From assembly GCA_036172245.1 (NCBI GenBank), contig JAYWIR010000023.1:2046001-2110000 (forward strand): a stretch of DNA of 64,000 nt, written 5' to 3'. The translations under genes were made by a program, and so were the position numbers. Under the pieces are notes generated by a model, which was not told the DNA's origin, searched no databases, and worked only from the letters and a program-made list of their open reading frames with translations. The stretch's first letter is position 1; every line of letters starts with the position of its first letter. This DNA is from Raillietiella orientalis (taxonomy: Eukaryota). Of the stretch, positions 63,151 to 64,000 are shown piece by piece.

Positions 63151-64000
63151 AAGCCTTAACCACAAGGCCTCCGACGCGATTTCTTTTGAGTTCTCCCTCT
63201 TCTGCGAGGGAGAACCCAAAAGAGACTTCTGCCTGAGACCTTGAAAGCAACTCTCCTAAATGAAATGTCCAAGTGTTGATAAAAGTGCACGAGATGCACT
63301 GTGACGCTTACGGTGGCGAGCTGCATTTCAAAAATGTATATATATATCATTTTTTTGGATAGCTCTGTCGTAGCGACCCCTGTTCTCAAAGGACGTGAAT
63401 TATTTTGGTCCATGCAGTGATGAGAAATTAACAAATCGGCTAGTCTGAGATGCCCATTTGAAGCTAAAAAGTAATAGCTCTTGTGCCATAGAGAACCTAA
63501 TGGAGACCTGGAACTGCAAAAACTTCGAAGGAAACAAAAGATCATTTGTTAATTAATTAGGGGTAAGAAACAAATCCGGAATTCAAATGTGGACGCCGAT
63601 TCATTTAAACTCGGTGTTTGATGCCTGGTGGAACAAGAAGAGCATGGCATCAGCAACTTACCTAATTGAGACCTTGAAAGATGTCTTTGCATTTGCACGA
63701 TCAACTGTTTTCTTGAAAAAAAAAAAAAAGAGTAAAAAGAGTCGTACTCAACTTCCATGAATTGAGCTTCCAAAATACACGTTGAACGGAGAACGAAAAA
63801 TTGGAATAGGTAAGGAGTCACCGGGATTATCTGAGGTTACACGGAACAGTTCCCCTGAACCTCTTCTCAGGAACTCATTTTGTAACATCTCGGAATATTG
63901 CTTCTTAGAGAGGCACAGATATCCTGATGTGATGCACATTGCCTAAGGTCCTAACTGATGTCAGAAGTGTTTCTGCCAGGTTTTTGCTACCGCGCTTCTT

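Overview
Eukaryotic, arthropod-like genomic DNA, not prokaryotic. The only convincing host gene is a minus-strand Dpr-family two-Ig-domain cell-surface protein. Four of its coding exons can be reconstructed between 300 and 2610, with 55- and 58-nt introns and a GPI-signal-like tail; its signal-peptide exon was not found. The remaining ~60 kb is a dense mosaic of decayed transposable elements recognised by eye from protein motifs: at least seven pieces of one L1/Tx1-clade LINE family, four related Gypsy pol/integrase relics, several hAT, Harbinger/PIF, Tigger/pogo, P-element and Ginger/KRBA2-type relics, and probable Maverick (Polinton) protease and integrase fragments. Three observations stand out. 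(1) A ~480-bp degraded 28S rRNA fragment is fused directly to the 5'-truncated end of a Tx1-like LINE. (2) A near-identical Tx1-like 3' segment sits at exactly the same site in two diverged Gypsy relics, while a third relic shows the empty site, suggesting target-specific insertion into another retrotransposon. (3) All four Gypsy relics lose homology at one shared stem-loop/motif without a recognisable LTR. TE boundaries are approximate and no database searches were run.
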